Positions 33,067 through 43,373 of a stretch of DNA of 64,000 nt are shown piece by piece. The stretch is from a virus: IMG/VR virus record IMGVR_UViG_3300025133_000038, positions 32,001 through 96,000 of that record; one strand, given 5' to 3'. The notes under the pieces were generated by a model. It was not told the origin of the DNA. It worked only from the letters and a program-made list of their open reading frames with translations, and made no database searches. The first letter of the stretch is position 1; each line of letters begins with the position of its first letter. Made by a program: the position numbers and the translations under genes.

Positions 33067-33402
33067 ATGGAACTAAATAACCAGAACGAAGATGAGCTAA
33101 AGAAACTCAATGACAGACCCCCAATCGAACTGTCTTTCTATCCTAAGAACTCCCAAGGAGAAATTATGGGTGAGAGAAAAGTAGTAAGGGGTGATGGATT
33201 TAAGGTGTGGCGAACCTGGACAAATAATAATGGCCCAGGTCGCTCTAACAAGAAACGAAAGCCCAACTTCAAAAAGAAGCAAGGAAATCAACGCTATAAG
33301 GAAGTCTTGCCAAAAGGTAAAGAGGCAGACAATCTAGCAAAGGAAGTGGCTAAATATGCGGAGAAGAAGCAAGAGGCAAGAGATAATAATGACAACTCAT
33401 AA
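33067..33402 (+). CDS. basic hypothetical protein
   Basis: AAGGA RBS before ATG 33067. Confidence 0.7.
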   Translation: MELNNQNEDELKKLNDRPPIELSFYPKNSQGEIMGERKVVRGDGFKVWRTWTNNNGPGRSNKKRKPNFKKKQGNQRYKEVLPKGKEADNLAKEVAKYAEKKQEARDNNDNS

Positions 33403-35839
33403 GTATGAGAATGCTGTAGCCGAATCGGAAAAGTACTTTGGGAATAGTTTGTCGGCCAAGGCTTGTACAGACAAGTACTTATTGAGAAACAATGAAAATA
33501 AACTATTGGAGAAGACCCCTGTAGATATGCATACGCGTATCGCTAAAGAGGTCGCAAGGATTGAGAAGAAGAAATTTAAAAATCCCCTTACCGAACAACA
33601 AATCTTTGATTACCTAGATGGTTTTGGAAAGATTATTCCGCAAGGGAGTCCAATGCATGGTATTGGCAATAAAGAACAATTCGTCAGCCTAAGTAACTGT
33701 TTTGTCCTACATAAACCTTTGGATTCCTATGGTGGAATCATGTTGGTTGACGAACAAATAGTGCAGATTTCCAAACGCCGAGGTGGTGTTGGTATCTCGC
33801 TTGATAACCTACGACCCACAGGTTCCCCAACCCATAACTCTTCTCGTACAAGTACGGGGATGCGGTCATGGATGGAACGCTACTCTAGTTCAATTAGAGA
33901 AGTTGGTCAGGCAGGTAGAAGGGGCGCGTTAATACTTACCTTAAACGTACATCACCCCGACATACTAACCTTTATTACAGCAAAGAATGATGGCACTAGT
34001 GTTACTGGGGCTAATATCAGCGTTCAGTATACTGATGAGTTCTTAGAGGCTGTCTATAATGATGAAGAGTATGAGCAAAGATGGCCCATTGATTCTAAAG
34101 ACCCAGAAGTTTCCGTTAAGGTTAAGGCTAGAGATATATGGGAAGCCGCTGTTCATAATGCGTGGGATAGGGCTGAGCCAGGATTACTGTTCTGGGACAA
34201 TGTCCTAAAGGAGAGTCCCGCAGACTGTTACGAAGACTTCAAGACTATCTGTACTAACCCCTGTGCTGAGATTCCCCTCTCTGTATTAGACTCATGCCGC
34301 CTATTGGTTATGAACCTATTCCAGTATGTTGAGAATCACTTCACAGACAAAGCTAAGTTTGACTTCAAACGATTCCGTGAAGATACTATGGTAGCACAGC
34401 GAATTATGGACGATATTATTGACCTCGAATTAGAGGCTGTTAATCGTATCATTCGTAAGATTAAGGCTGACCCTGAACCTATGTATGCTAAGAAGGCAGA
34501 GCTTGATACGTGGAATGAGATTAAGAAAGCCTGTGTAAATGGGCGACGTACCGGAACTGGTATCACGGCACTTGGTGATACGCTAGCTGCTATGGGTATC
34601 AAGTATGGTACTGAGGAATCTATCAGTATGACTGAGATGATTTATCGTGAACTTAAACTTGCGGTCTATCGTAGCTCAGTTGATATGGCTAAAGAGATTG
34701 GACCTTTCAAGTCTTGGGACCACAATAAAGAGAAGAAGAATCCTTTCTTATTGCGCATCAAGAAGGAAGACCCTGAGCTATGGAAGGATATGAAGAAGTA
34801 CGGCAGGCGTAACATAGCATGTCTTACTACTGCACCAACTGGTACTACCAGCATGATGGCTATGCTACGTGTCTTGGTTGGAGAGGAATGTTTTAAGGAA
34901 CACGGTACTACAACAGGTATTGAACCCTTGTTCCAACTCTCATTCATCCGTCGTAAGAAGGGTAACCCTGGCGACGACGGTTTCCGTAGTGATTTTGTGG
35001 ACGAGTCCGGTGACCACTGGATGGAGTTTGAGGTCTTCCACCCTGGCGTGGAACTATGGAAGAAGGTAACTGGTGAGACTGATGTGACCAAGTCCCCATA
35101 CTATGGAGCTTGTTCACCGGATATTGATTGGACTAACAGAGTAAGATTGCAGGCTGCTGCCCAGCGACACGTAGACCACTCTATCTCTAGCACTGTAAAC
35201 CTCCCTGAGGATGTGTCGGAAGAGACAGTGGGTGAAATCTACTTGGAAGCATGGAAGTCTGGCTGTAAGGGCATGACGGTATACCGTCAAGGTTGTCGAA
35301 CTGGAGTCCTGTTGGAAAAGAAGGTGGGTATTCCTAAAACGAATGCTCCTCCTCGACCAAAAGAGTTAGACTGTGATGTCTATCATATCTCTGTCAAGGG
35401 TCAACCATACTTTGTTATAGTTGGTCTATATGAGGGAGACCCCTACGAAGTTTTCGCAGGAAAGAATGGCGTTATTGGTAAGAAGATTAAGACAGGCAAA
35501 GTTGTTAAGAAGGGGCGTAAGCAATACAAAGCTATCTTTGATGATGATAGTGAGCTATCTCCTCTAAGTGCTTTCTCTTCTGACGAAGAAGAAGTGGTGA
35601 CAAGAATGTGTTCTACTGCCTTACGTCATGGTACTGATATTAGTTTCCTGGTCCATCAACTAGAGAAGTCTAATGGTAGCTTGGACTCATTCTCCAAGAG
35701 TATTGCGAGAGCCCTAAAGAAATATATCGGTGATGGGACCGAGGTAAAAGGCGAAGAGTGTGAACAGTGTTCTGGAAAGCTAATCAGACAAGAAGGCTGT
35801 ATGACTTGCCCCGGCTGTGGCTGGGCAAAATGTACGTAA
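33389..35839 (+). CDS. nrdJ: class II (adenosylcobalamin-dependent) ribonucleotide reductase
   Basis: SNCFV, GGVG, RRGA, TNPCAE, TTAPTGT, SISSTVN, C-terminal EGC..C..CGW.KC; no nrdB in the window. Confidence 0.92.
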   Translation: MTTHKYENAVAESEKYFGNSLSAKACTDKYLLRNNENKLLEKTPVDMHTRIAKEVARIEKKKFKNPLTEQQIFDYLDGFGKIIPQGSPMHGIGNKEQFVSLSNCFVLHKPLDSYGGIMLVDEQIVQISKRRGGVGISLDNLRPTGSPTHNSSRTSTGMRSWMERYSSSIREVGQAGRRGALILTLNVHHPDILTFITAKNDGTSVTGANISVQYTDEFLEAVYNDEEYEQRWPIDSKDPEVSVKVKARDIWEAAVHNAWDRAEPGLLFWDNVLKESPADCYEDFKTICTNPCAEIPLSVLDSCRLLVMNLFQYVENHFTDKAKFDFKRFREDTMVAQRIMDDIIDLELEAVNRIIRKIKADPEPMYAKKAELDTWNEIKKACVNGRRTGTGITALGDTLAAMGIKYGTEESISMTEMIYRELKLAVYRSSVDMAKEIGPFKSWDHNKEKKNPFLLRIKKEDPELWKDMKKYGRRNIACLTTAPTGTTSMMAMLRVLVGEECFKEHGTTTGIEPLFQLSFIRRKKGNPGDDGFRSDFVDESGDHWMEFEVFHPGVELWKKVTGETDVTKSPYYGACSPDIDWTNRVRLQAAAQRHVDHSISSTVNLPEDVSEETVGEIYLEAWKSGCKGMTVYRQGCRTGVLLEKKVGIPKTNAPPRPKELDCDVYHISVKGQPYFVIVGLYEGDPYEVFAGKNGVIGKKIKTGKVVKKGRKQYKAIFDDDSELSPLSAFSSDEEEVVTRMCSTALRHGTDISFLVHQLEKSNGSLDSFSKSIARALKKYIGDGTEVKGEECEQCSGKLIRQEGCMTCPGCGWAKCT

Positions 35840-35856
35840 ATTTTCTTGTTTCGACC

Positions 35857-35884
35857 TTGACAGGGCCGAATCATCCTCTATAAT
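35857..35884 (+). promoter_or_regulatory. sigma70-type promoter
   Basis: TTGACA-N16-TATAAT. Confidence 0.85.
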
Positions 35885-35905
35885 ACTTTCTGAGGCTAGA
35901 ACAAC

Positions 35906-36673
35906 ATGACGAGACGAAGACAAAAGCAACGTAGACCTAAGGATAAACAGGACAATTTGATTAAGCAAACACCTAAGCCTACATTCCGTAAGCAAAAGGT
36001 TGAAGCTAGAACTAAGAACCAGCGAACCTTTATTAAGTCCATCAAAGCTAATAAGCTAACGGTGTGCTTGGGGCCTGCTGGTACAGGTAAGACCTATTTA
36101 CCTACTGCTCTTGCTATGATAGCTTTAAGGAGTGGTGATGTTAAGCGCATCATTATTACTAGGCCCGTAGTAGAAGCTGGAGAGAGATTAGGGTTCTTAC
36201 CTGGGGATATGCAAGCTAAGCTAGACCCCTACTTTAGGTCTATTTACGATGAGATGCTACAATTTGTGGACCAAGCGACACTAGATGCTTGGTTCCTTGA
36301 TAAGACTATTGAGATTTGTCCCTTCGCATTTATGAGGGGACGCAACCTACATGGCTCATTCATTATTGCTGATGAGGCACAGAACGCAACGAGGAAGCAG
36401 CTAATCATGCTTGTTACTCGGTTCGGAAAGTCCTCTAAGATGATAATTAGTGGTGACCATACGCAGGTTGATTTACGACCAGAGAGTCAGAGTGGCCTTG
36501 CATGGCTGGCTGACGAAATTGTGCCCCGTATGCGTGATGACTACGGTAGTGATGCTGATATAGTCACTATGGACAATGCAGACATCGTGCGTGAAGGGCT
36601 TGTTGAGGACTTCATTAACGCAGTTGAGGAATACGATGAAGACAGAGCATCAGAGGACACTAGTTTTAAATAG
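35906..36673 (+). CDS. phoH: PhoH-family ATPase
   Basis: GPAGTGKTYL, TRPVVEAGE.LGFLPG, MRGR, DEAQN. Confidence 0.95.
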   Translation: MTRRRQKQRRPKDKQDNLIKQTPKPTFRKQKVEARTKNQRTFIKSIKANKLTVCLGPAGTGKTYLPTALAMIALRSGDVKRIIITRPVVEAGERLGFLPGDMQAKLDPYFRSIYDEMLQFVDQATLDAWFLDKTIEICPFAFMRGRNLHGSFIIADEAQNATRKQLIMLVTRFGKSSKMIISGDHTQVDLRPESQSGLAWLADEIVPRMRDDYGSDADIVTMDNADIVREGLVEDFINAVEEYDEDRASEDTSFK

Positions 36674-37235
36674 TAATGGTAGCCCTATGGGTATAATCTC
36701 TTGGAAGAGAGCTGTCACCATGTCAGTTCTTAACCAACAGAAACAAGACGAAGGGCTAGTTGTTCTAACATACTTTCAAAATGACTATATCCTGGGAGCT
36801 TCTGGAAAGAAGTATGAAATCCCCGCTGTTGTCATGTGTCCAAGGTATGTCAAACGTAAGGACAAAGGTGTACCATTCTCTCGTAAGAATGTATATCTGC
36901 GTGACCAAATGACTTGTCAGTACTGTGGTAAAACAGACGGTACTGCTCGTAATCTAACTTACGACCATGTCATACCAAGGTCTACTTGGAACAAGAAGGG
37001 GTATAATGGCACTCCTACTAATTGGACAAATATCGTGGCTTGTTGTGAACCATGCAACAAATTAAAGGCTGACCGTACTCCTAAGCAGGCAGGTATGAAG
37101 TTGCTTAAGCAACCGAAACAACCTAACTCTCAGCAGTACATACTAGGACTAAGTCCTTGGTGTAGGATTCCCGAAGAGTGGGAACCATTCATTACACCAT
37201 TGTATAAGCACCTGGAGCCTGGAAACAAGCCGTAG
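36636..37235 (+). CDS. HNH endonuclease
   Basis: LVLN, FSRKNVYLRD..CQYCG, DHVIP, W.N.V.CC..CN..K. Confidence 0.9.
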   Translation: MKTEHQRTLVLNSNGSPMGIISWKRAVTMSVLNQQKQDEGLVVLTYFQNDYILGASGKKYEIPAVVMCPRYVKRKDKGVPFSRKNVYLRDQMTCQYCGKTDGTARNLTYDHVIPRSTWNKKGYNGTPTNWTNIVACCEPCNKLKADRTPKQAGMKLLKQPKQPNSQQYILGLSPWCRIPEEWEPFITPLYKHLEPGNKP

Positions 37236-37242
37236 GGACATG

Positions 37243-37279
37243 GGGAGTGGCTACAAATGTGGTCACTTCCCTATTTTTT
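37243..37279 (+). terminator. intrinsic terminator
   Basis: GGGAGTGGC...GTCACTTCCC followed by a T-run. Confidence 0.7.
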
Positions 37280-37288
37280 AGGAATAAA

Positions 37289-38248
37289 ATGAGATATAAA
37301 CTATCCGCTACAGACAAAAGACTGATTGAAAAGACAACATCAGACTTCAGTACGAAAATCTACGGAAATAAGGCCCTAGCTCTCCGTTCTAGAGCCTCTA
37401 AGAGGCAATCCCCACTGAACCTTAATGGTAATCTATACGCCTATAAAGGCCCTTCTCAGGGGTCTCCTGCTTTCAAAGTAAACTGTTCAGGAGCGCCCAG
37501 CTCTGCCGGAAATGCCTGCTCAGGGGCTCTTCCTCTTTATATGTCTCCTATCTCAACAGGAACGAAGTGGAATGACCGAGACTTCAACGGCTTCGCCACG
37601 GGTAATTCATATCCAGAACCCCTTCCTCTCATAACAACAGAAGAACCCATTGTTGGAGGAACGAAATCTGTTGACGGAGCAAGGTCAAGTATAAACATAT
37701 CATATTTCTATGATGGCCCTTCTACAGAAAGAGGGAAAGTCCTAGTAAAAAAGAAGACTGACGCTACTATGCAAGCAGCAAATGAGGTCTGCTGCCTGCC
37801 AGAAAGAGACGTTAAGCAATCTTATCCTCTGAAGGATGAAATTCCCATAGGGATTCTTCTTACTGATGTTGTCAGCTTAGACCTTACTAAGCAACACACT
37901 ATGGGTGACCAAGTACAAACAGGTAGTAAGGTATCCCTCTTAACAAGAGGCTCCGTAGTTCTTAGGGCAGTAGGAAATCCCCAGTCGTGTGAGACTGCTT
38001 ACTATAATAAGAATGGTAATGTGACCAATCAGAAGGTGTCTAGGCCAATTGGCTATTTCGCATCTGAGATAGACGACGACGGCTATATCAAAGTAGAAGT
38101 TAAAATTCCCGTAGTCTCTACAAATAAGTACCCAGGTCGTGATTACGACTCCCGAAATCGTACAGTAGATGGTATGTCTGAGAAGGAATACCTTGAGACC
38201 AACCTAGCAATACTAGACAATAGACGAATCATTTTAGACTCAATTTAA
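37289..38248 (+). CDS. hypothetical protein with capsid-decoration-like C-terminal domain
   Basis: PIGILL.DVV..DLT.QH...VQ.G.KV.LL..G...IGYF.S..D.DGY.KV. Confidence 0.55.
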   Translation: MRYKLSATDKRLIEKTTSDFSTKIYGNKALALRSRASKRQSPLNLNGNLYAYKGPSQGSPAFKVNCSGAPSSAGNACSGALPLYMSPISTGTKWNDRDFNGFATGNSYPEPLPLITTEEPIVGGTKSVDGARSSINISYFYDGPSTERGKVLVKKKTDATMQAANEVCCLPERDVKQSYPLKDEIPIGILLTDVVSLDLTKQHTMGDQVQTGSKVSLLTRGSVVLRAVGNPQSCETAYYNKNGNVTNQKVSRPIGYFASEIDDDGYIKVEVKIPVVSTNKYPGRDYDSRNRTVDGMSEKEYLETNLAILDNRRIILDSI

Positions 38249-38255
38249 AAGAAAA

Positions 38256-38266
38256 GGTGTATAATA
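38256..38266 (+). promoter_or_regulatory. GGTGTATAATA motif (class 2 promoter)
   Basis: TATAAT lies 4 nt before the ATG at 38270. Confidence 0.6.
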
Positions 38267-38269
38267 CAG

Positions 38270-38599
38270 ATGCCGATTTATACTTTCCTATGTGATGAAG
38301 AAGCCAACGGTTGTAACGAGCGTTTCGAGAAGAGCCTGTCGATGAAAGAGTTCGACGAGAAGGTTCCTACGAAGAAGATAACTTGCCCTAACTGTAAGAA
38401 ACGCAAACCAGTTATAACCCAAATAGACATACCCCTCCATGTAACTATGGCAGGACGTACTGTTGGTGCGGTCGCTGACCGTAACTCAACCCGTCTAAGT
38501 AAAGATGAGCAACATCACTTACACAAAAAACACACAACTTATGACAACCCAGACCTTAAACTGCCTGATGGTATGACCCAAGGCAAGGATATGGTATAG
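38270..38599 (+). CDS. FmdB-family Zn-ribbon protein
   Basis: MPIYTFLC...C...FE...CPNC. Confidence 0.8.
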   Translation: MPIYTFLCDEEANGCNERFEKSLSMKEFDEKVPTKKITCPNCKKRKPVITQIDIPLHVTMAGRTVGAVADRNSTRLSKDEQHHLHKKHTTYDNPDLKLPDGMTQGKDMV

Positions 38600-38927
38600 G
38601 TTGTTACAACCTTTCCTTTCCTAGAAGAGACTTACCTATGACGCAAGAAAACCCTATTGTCCTAGAGGGAGATATACATCAACCTCGCCCAAAACTCTAT
38701 TGTCCAATACACAAGAGAGAAGAACTATGCCCTGTCCCAAGAGGCAAGGCTGTTTCGGGAAGAAATTCTACAAGTATGCGTAGCGGTGGTGGTATTAAAA
38801 CCAGAGACCCTAAAGTATACGATGCCCCAGATGGTTATGTTTGCATGACCACTTCTAGTATTCCTTACAAGGGCACCCCTATCTATATTAAAGAATCAAC
38901 AGCATATCCTAAATCAAAGGAACAAGA

Positions 38928-39170
38928 ATGTCCGAAGAAAAAGAAATCATTCCTCACCAAACTATTATGCAGTTTCAAGGAGAGGTTTTTGCAAGGCGTC
39001 CAGATGGTAAGGTCAATCCCCTTGCTCTGTGTAGGCTTGATAAAATCTTTACCATCTTTGGCGACTCGCTTGAAGAATGTAAGGCTAAAATGGAAGCGTT
39101 CGCGGAGGCAATTAACCGAATCCCAGAAGAAACAATCCAAGAAATAATGAAGGAACAAAATGACAAATAG
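38928..39170 (+). CDS. hypothetical protein
   Basis: AAGGA RBS; coupled to the downstream ORF. Confidence 0.6.
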   Translation: MSEEKEIIPHQTIMQFQGEVFARRPDGKVNPLALCRLDKIFTIFGDSLEECKAKMEAFAEAINRIPEETIQEIMKEQNDK

Positions 39171-39636
39171 ACAACGCCCAGGTAAGGCAACGAACGATGA
39201 TTTGTTTGCCCCTAATGGAGACAAAACCGCAGGCTTAACTGCCTACGAGAAAAAGATGGCAGCAGAAGATACTGAGGCCATATATACAATCTCTGGTAAG
39301 CAACATGACTATGATGATAATGGTCTTCCTGTCCTATATGACGTACAATATGACGACGGGCAAATTGAATATGCTCACGACTCACTTGATGCTCACGTCA
39401 AGGTCACTACTACCAAAGGTAGAGAAGAGTATTATGCTAAGATTGGTGCTGGTGGTCAGCTCCGTAATCCTATCGGATTATATGAGGGTGCTGGTCGGAG
39501 AACAGACGAAGTAAGAATGGGCAGGGCTCAGTTCGTATGGAAGAGGGTGAGTGCAAAGTGTATTAACTTCTACCTTGAATTTCTAAAAACTAAAAACTTA
39601 AGGCATCTTAAAAATGCACAGCGAGAGGTGATTTAA
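39160..39636 (+). CDS. conserved phage hypothetical protein
   Basis: NPIGLY...V...F.FY..FLKTKN...L..A.RE. Confidence 0.75.
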   Translation: MTNRQRPGKATNDDLFAPNGDKTAGLTAYEKKMAAEDTEAIYTISGKQHDYDDNGLPVLYDVQYDDGQIEYAHDSLDAHVKVTTTKGREEYYAKIGAGGQLRNPIGLYEGAGRRTDEVRMGRAQFVWKRVSAKCINFYLEFLKTKNLRHLKNAQREVI

Positions 39637-40358
39637 TGGCTAAGAAGAAAGCTAAAGTAAAAGGGACTCTATCCCAAACAGAGAAGTATGCTATCCAGGG
39701 TATGATTCAGGACGGTAAAGAGGTCTCAGAGATTGAGGACACCCTTGGTCGAACAGGAACTGCCGTTAAGAACTACATCACTAGTGAGCTTCCCAATCTA
39801 ATTGATAACATCATCGAGGCTCGCCTCCAACGTGTTGATGCAGGAGCAAAGGCTGAGGATGTCTTTCCTGAGGAGTTTGAAAGAGAGTTCACTGACGAAG
39901 ACTACTACGATGTAGAAGACGAGGAGGTTGCTCGTTCTGATAGTGGGAATAAAATAGTCTCTAGTAAAGACCTCATTAAGAAGAAGCTCGAACAAGAAAA
40001 CGCTCCTATCCATGTGGATGAAGAGATTGAGAAGGAAACTATCCATAAGCTGAGAGGCGTGGGGCTTGACCAAGAGGAGGCCGAAGACTTACTTAGGAGA
40101 GCAAAGCGCAAGCTGGTAAGAACTCCTGACAATGCAGGGCAGCTTCTTTCTTTCTGCCTGAAACAACTTAATGTTGGTGACCATACAGGGTCAAAAACTA
40201 TGGGTGGTAAGCCTGGAGTTGCTGTGTGGAACGGTACTGCTTCTGCTATTGCAGATGACGGTCGTAAGAGCAGGGCTTTAGACCAGAACCAAGTTAATCG
40301 TAGCACTAGAGGTCGTGGTAACAGTATGTATAACCCTAAGACTGGAGAAACCCGCTAA
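39636..40358 (+). CDS. hypothetical protein with N-terminal HTH-like segment
   Basis: LS..EKYAI....EI...LGR...V..Y. Confidence 0.7.
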   Translation: MAKKKAKVKGTLSQTEKYAIQGMIQDGKEVSEIEDTLGRTGTAVKNYITSELPNLIDNIIEARLQRVDAGAKAEDVFPEEFEREFTDEDYYDVEDEEVARSDSGNKIVSSKDLIKKKLEQENAPIHVDEEIEKETIHKLRGVGLDQEEAEDLLRRAKRKLVRTPDNAGQLLSFCLKQLNVGDHTGSKTMGGKPGVAVWNGTASAIADDGRKSRALDQNQVNRSTRGRGNSMYNPKTGETR

Positions 40359-40822
40359 TGGCAACTGTCTATGAGAAGACAGACAACAGATGTTACCCCT
40401 CTAAGTATTCTCCCGGTAAGTATGTAACAGGCGCACAGTATGTTATTGAACTTATCTGCGAACGCAAGGCGGCACTCAATGGTGAGGTGCTGTCTTTGCG
40501 TTTCTGGAGGAACGAGGAGTGGGCCAAGGAATTTAGTTCACAAACTAGGACAGTAAATTCGTTATTGAAAAAGTATTCAGTTAAAGCACTGGTTCATGTG
40601 CTTCACGACAACCCCAGAATCTACTCGTTGAGGGCGGCTTGGATTAGACCAAAGATTGACGATGCCCAGAGATTAGTTGACAAAGCAGAGAAAAGAAAAG
40701 CCGAAGCAGTTAGTCAACAAAAGCCTGTCAAGAGGGTTACAGTAGATGTAAACAGTAAGCCGCGACAGCGGGTTGTGAGAAAGAATGCTCTTTCTAAACT
40801 ATACGAATTGGACGAGGTATAA
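40358..40822 (+). CDS. conserved phage hypothetical protein
   Basis: YPS.YS...VT.AQY..ELICE...FW...W..IYSLRA. Confidence 0.75.
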   Translation: MATVYEKTDNRCYPSKYSPGKYVTGAQYVIELICERKAALNGEVLSLRFWRNEEWAKEFSSQTRTVNSLLKKYSVKALVHVLHDNPRIYSLRAAWIRPKIDDAQRLVDKAEKRKAEAVSQQKPVKRVTVDVNSKPRQRVVRKNALSKLYELDEV

Positions 40823-40823
40823 G

Positions 40824-41954
40824 ATGGCTAAGAAGAAAAAAGCTAAGAAGAAAATTGAGAAGACCGAGGAAATTCTAATCCCTAACCTGGATGATATTTT
40901 GAAGGGTATGGAGAAGGAATTTGGAGAGGGAATATTTGTCGCTGGTAATGACATTATCTCTCGCAATAGGCAAGTTATCTCCTTCAGTCCTAAGATGGAC
41001 TTAATGCTTGGGGGAGGTATCCCAGAAGGGAACATTTTAATTTGCACAGGACCACCCAAGGTTGGTAAAACAACAGGGTGTCTACACTTCGCTGGTATGG
41101 CTCAGCGCCCAGAATACGACCACCCTAAGCATGGTCCAAGGCACGTATTCTTCCATAATGTTGAGATGAGACTTAAGGACAGAGACCTTGAGGGTATCCA
41201 ACATCTAATCACAGACGGTACGAGATTCACATCTATTGAATCCAAACCAGGAAACATCCTAACTGCTGAAAAACACGCTAGAATCTTTGAGAGATTGGTT
41301 CATCAGGTTCCAGGTGCTATCTTTGTGTTTGATTCCTTTTCTGCTCTGTGTACTGAGACTAGGCTTAATAGTGAGCTTGGAAATAAATTCAGAGATAATC
41401 AAGGAAGTATCCTATCAGATATGTTGATTAGAACTCAGCCTGTCATCTTGATGAATGATGCCATTGTCCTTGGTGTGACACATATTGTGGCTAACACCAG
41501 TGGGTTTGGCAGTAACAAGAGTGAGACTGCGGGTGTTAAGATTCAGTATCACTCTGATATTAAGTTGCGCGCTACACATCGTACTGCTTGGAAAGTGGGC
41601 GGGACTAAGGAGAAAGATGGGACTCAAGTAGGTCAGCATGTTCACTGGAATTGTGACTGGTCTGCCATTGGTCCTCCTGGCACTAAGTGTGAGAGTTTAC
41701 TTCGTTACGGATATGGTATTGATAAAGAGTCAGAGATGATTGAGGTCTGTAGCGACCTTGGCCTTATTAATAAGGCTGGTTCTTGGCTTACATTCCCAGA
41801 CGGAACGAAGGTTCAGGGCTTAGAGAATGCTAGGGAGGTACTAGCAGCAGACCCTGAGTTGTATAGCGACCTTAATAAACAGTTTAGAGAAATGATGGGG
41901 TTCGTAGATGAAAGTGACAGACCTGTTGGGAAAGACAACAAATTGGAGGCTTAA
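40824..41954 (+). CDS. recA: RecA/UvsX-like recombinase
   Basis: LGGGIP.G, Walker A GPPKVGKTT, VFDS..AL, YGYGID, G.I.KAGSW. Confidence 0.9.
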   Translation: MAKKKKAKKKIEKTEEILIPNLDDILKGMEKEFGEGIFVAGNDIISRNRQVISFSPKMDLMLGGGIPEGNILICTGPPKVGKTTGCLHFAGMAQRPEYDHPKHGPRHVFFHNVEMRLKDRDLEGIQHLITDGTRFTSIESKPGNILTAEKHARIFERLVHQVPGAIFVFDSFSALCTETRLNSELGNKFRDNQGSILSDMLIRTQPVILMNDAIVLGVTHIVANTSGFGSNKSETAGVKIQYHSDIKLRATHRTAWKVGGTKEKDGTQVGQHVHWNCDWSAIGPPGTKCESLLRYGYGIDKESEMIEVCSDLGLINKAGSWLTFPDGTKVQGLENAREVLAADPELYSDLNKQFREMMGFVDESDRPVGKDNKLEA

Positions 41955-42330
41955 GGGACATATGGCTGGAGAAGGACACCGTGTTGCTTCAGCCCCCCAT
42001 AAGGCTGCAAGGGCAGTTATTAGAGGTATGTTTCCCACTATCTCATTCAAAGAAGAGGTTCCCATATCAACAGGAAGGGGAACCCTCTACTTAGATTTCT
42101 ACCTGCCTATTTATAAGCTGGCTATTGAGGTACACGGCCAACAACACTACCAATATACACCTCATTTTCACCATACTAGAGCTGGTTTTCTTGCTTCTAA
42201 GCAGAGAGATAGAGATAAAGTACTATGGTGTGAAATAAACGGCCTGACAATAGTTGAACTACCATATAATGAGGAAGAAGATGACTGGAAACAAAGAATT
42301 TACAACGCTCACTACGGACAAGATGAATAA
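41908..42330 (+). CDS. Vsr/DUF559-like endonuclease
   Basis: LDFYLP...AIEVHG.QHY...RD..K..WC..NG. Confidence 0.8.
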   Translation: MKVTDLLGKTTNWRLKGHMAGEGHRVASAPHKAARAVIRGMFPTISFKEEVPISTGRGTLYLDFYLPIYKLAIEVHGQQHYQYTPHFHHTRAGFLASKQRDRDKVLWCEINGLTIVELPYNEEEDDWKQRIYNAHYGQDE

Positions 42331-42787
42331 GGCCATCAAGATACTTGATGATTATGAGAACCAGATAGGATTACCTGCTCACGATGCTCCTGGTAGTGAG
42401 GAAGAGCTTAATGATTACTTTACATGGGATAGAAGTATGATTGAGCAATTACCAGCAGAAACACTGGCTGCTTGTTCCTACAGACTAGCCCAATACTCTG
42501 TATATATTCAGCGCGAGGCCAATAGGGAAACAGCTAGGATGAAATGGGCTAAGCATGAGCTTGATGATGCTGTTGTAGGGCAACTAGATGATTACGATAA
42601 GTTTATGAAGTTTGAAATGAAGGTCGTGGCTATCTGTCGAGACAATTCATATGCCAATGCCCTTAGGAAAATTATGATTAAGGCAGAACAGCGTGTGGAT
42701 AGATTAACCTATCTATCTACTGGCATAAAAAACCTATCAGACAATATGAAGTCTGCTACAATAACAAAGGGTAGAAGAAATGAGTGA
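42281..42787 (+). CDS. helical protein, possible UvsY-like recombination mediator
   Basis: Coiled-coil, located between recA and dnaB; function inferred from position only. Confidence 0.55.
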   Translation: MTGNKEFTTLTTDKMNKAIKILDDYENQIGLPAHDAPGSEEELNDYFTWDRSMIEQLPAETLAACSYRLAQYSVYIQREANRETARMKWAKHELDDAVVGQLDDYDKFMKFEMKVVAICRDNSYANALRKIMIKAEQRVDRLTYLSTGIKNLSDNMKSATITKGRRNE

Positions 42788-43370
42788 TGAATTTAATATT
42801 GGGGACGCAATGGACTCCCTGGACGATGGTGATATGGCTAGAGTCGAAAGGCTTATCGAAAAATTAGCCAAGCAAAAACAGAAAAATTCTCAGGGTCGCC
42901 CACCAAAAAATGGTGGAAATCAGAGGAAAAAGAGAAGGTCAAACCTTGACAATTCTCAATCTGAGCCTAGTATACAAGGGAAGACGCGAGGAAAACGACC
43001 TCCGAGACAACCAAATCCTAACACTAACAATGGAGTTCAGCGTAGGGGTCAAGGTCAACAAAAGAGGAAGACCTTTACTAAGCGTGAGGCTATTGATACG
43101 TCAGGTCAGAGACACAATAAGTTTGAAGACTTTGGTTATGACGACCAGTTCAAGCAAGACTCTGAGCTAGACCAAAAACTAAGCGGAAACAACAGACCAA
43201 CCCCTAGAATGGGAAGCAACAACAACCCCTATGTTGAAGCGACATGTGTGATTTGTAACTGGATATTTGATGTGACCCCTAACGAGGTTTATAACGACCC
43301 AGACAAGGGTCCAATTTACAAATGTAATGATTGTGCATCGCAAGAAGCAAGAGGCGGAAGAAGAGGTTAA
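42780..43370 (+). CDS. hypothetical protein with C-terminal Zn ribbon
   Basis: Low-complexity basic middle; CVIC and CNDC. Confidence 0.7.
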   Translation: MSDEFNIGDAMDSLDDGDMARVERLIEKLAKQKQKNSQGRPPKNGGNQRKKRRSNLDNSQSEPSIQGKTRGKRPPRQPNPNTNNGVQRRGQGQQKRKTFTKREAIDTSGQRHNKFEDFGYDDQFKQDSELDQKLSGNNRPTPRMGSNNNPYVEATCVICNWIFDVTPNEVYNDPDKGPIYKCNDCASQEARGGRRG

Positions 43371-43373
43371 TGA

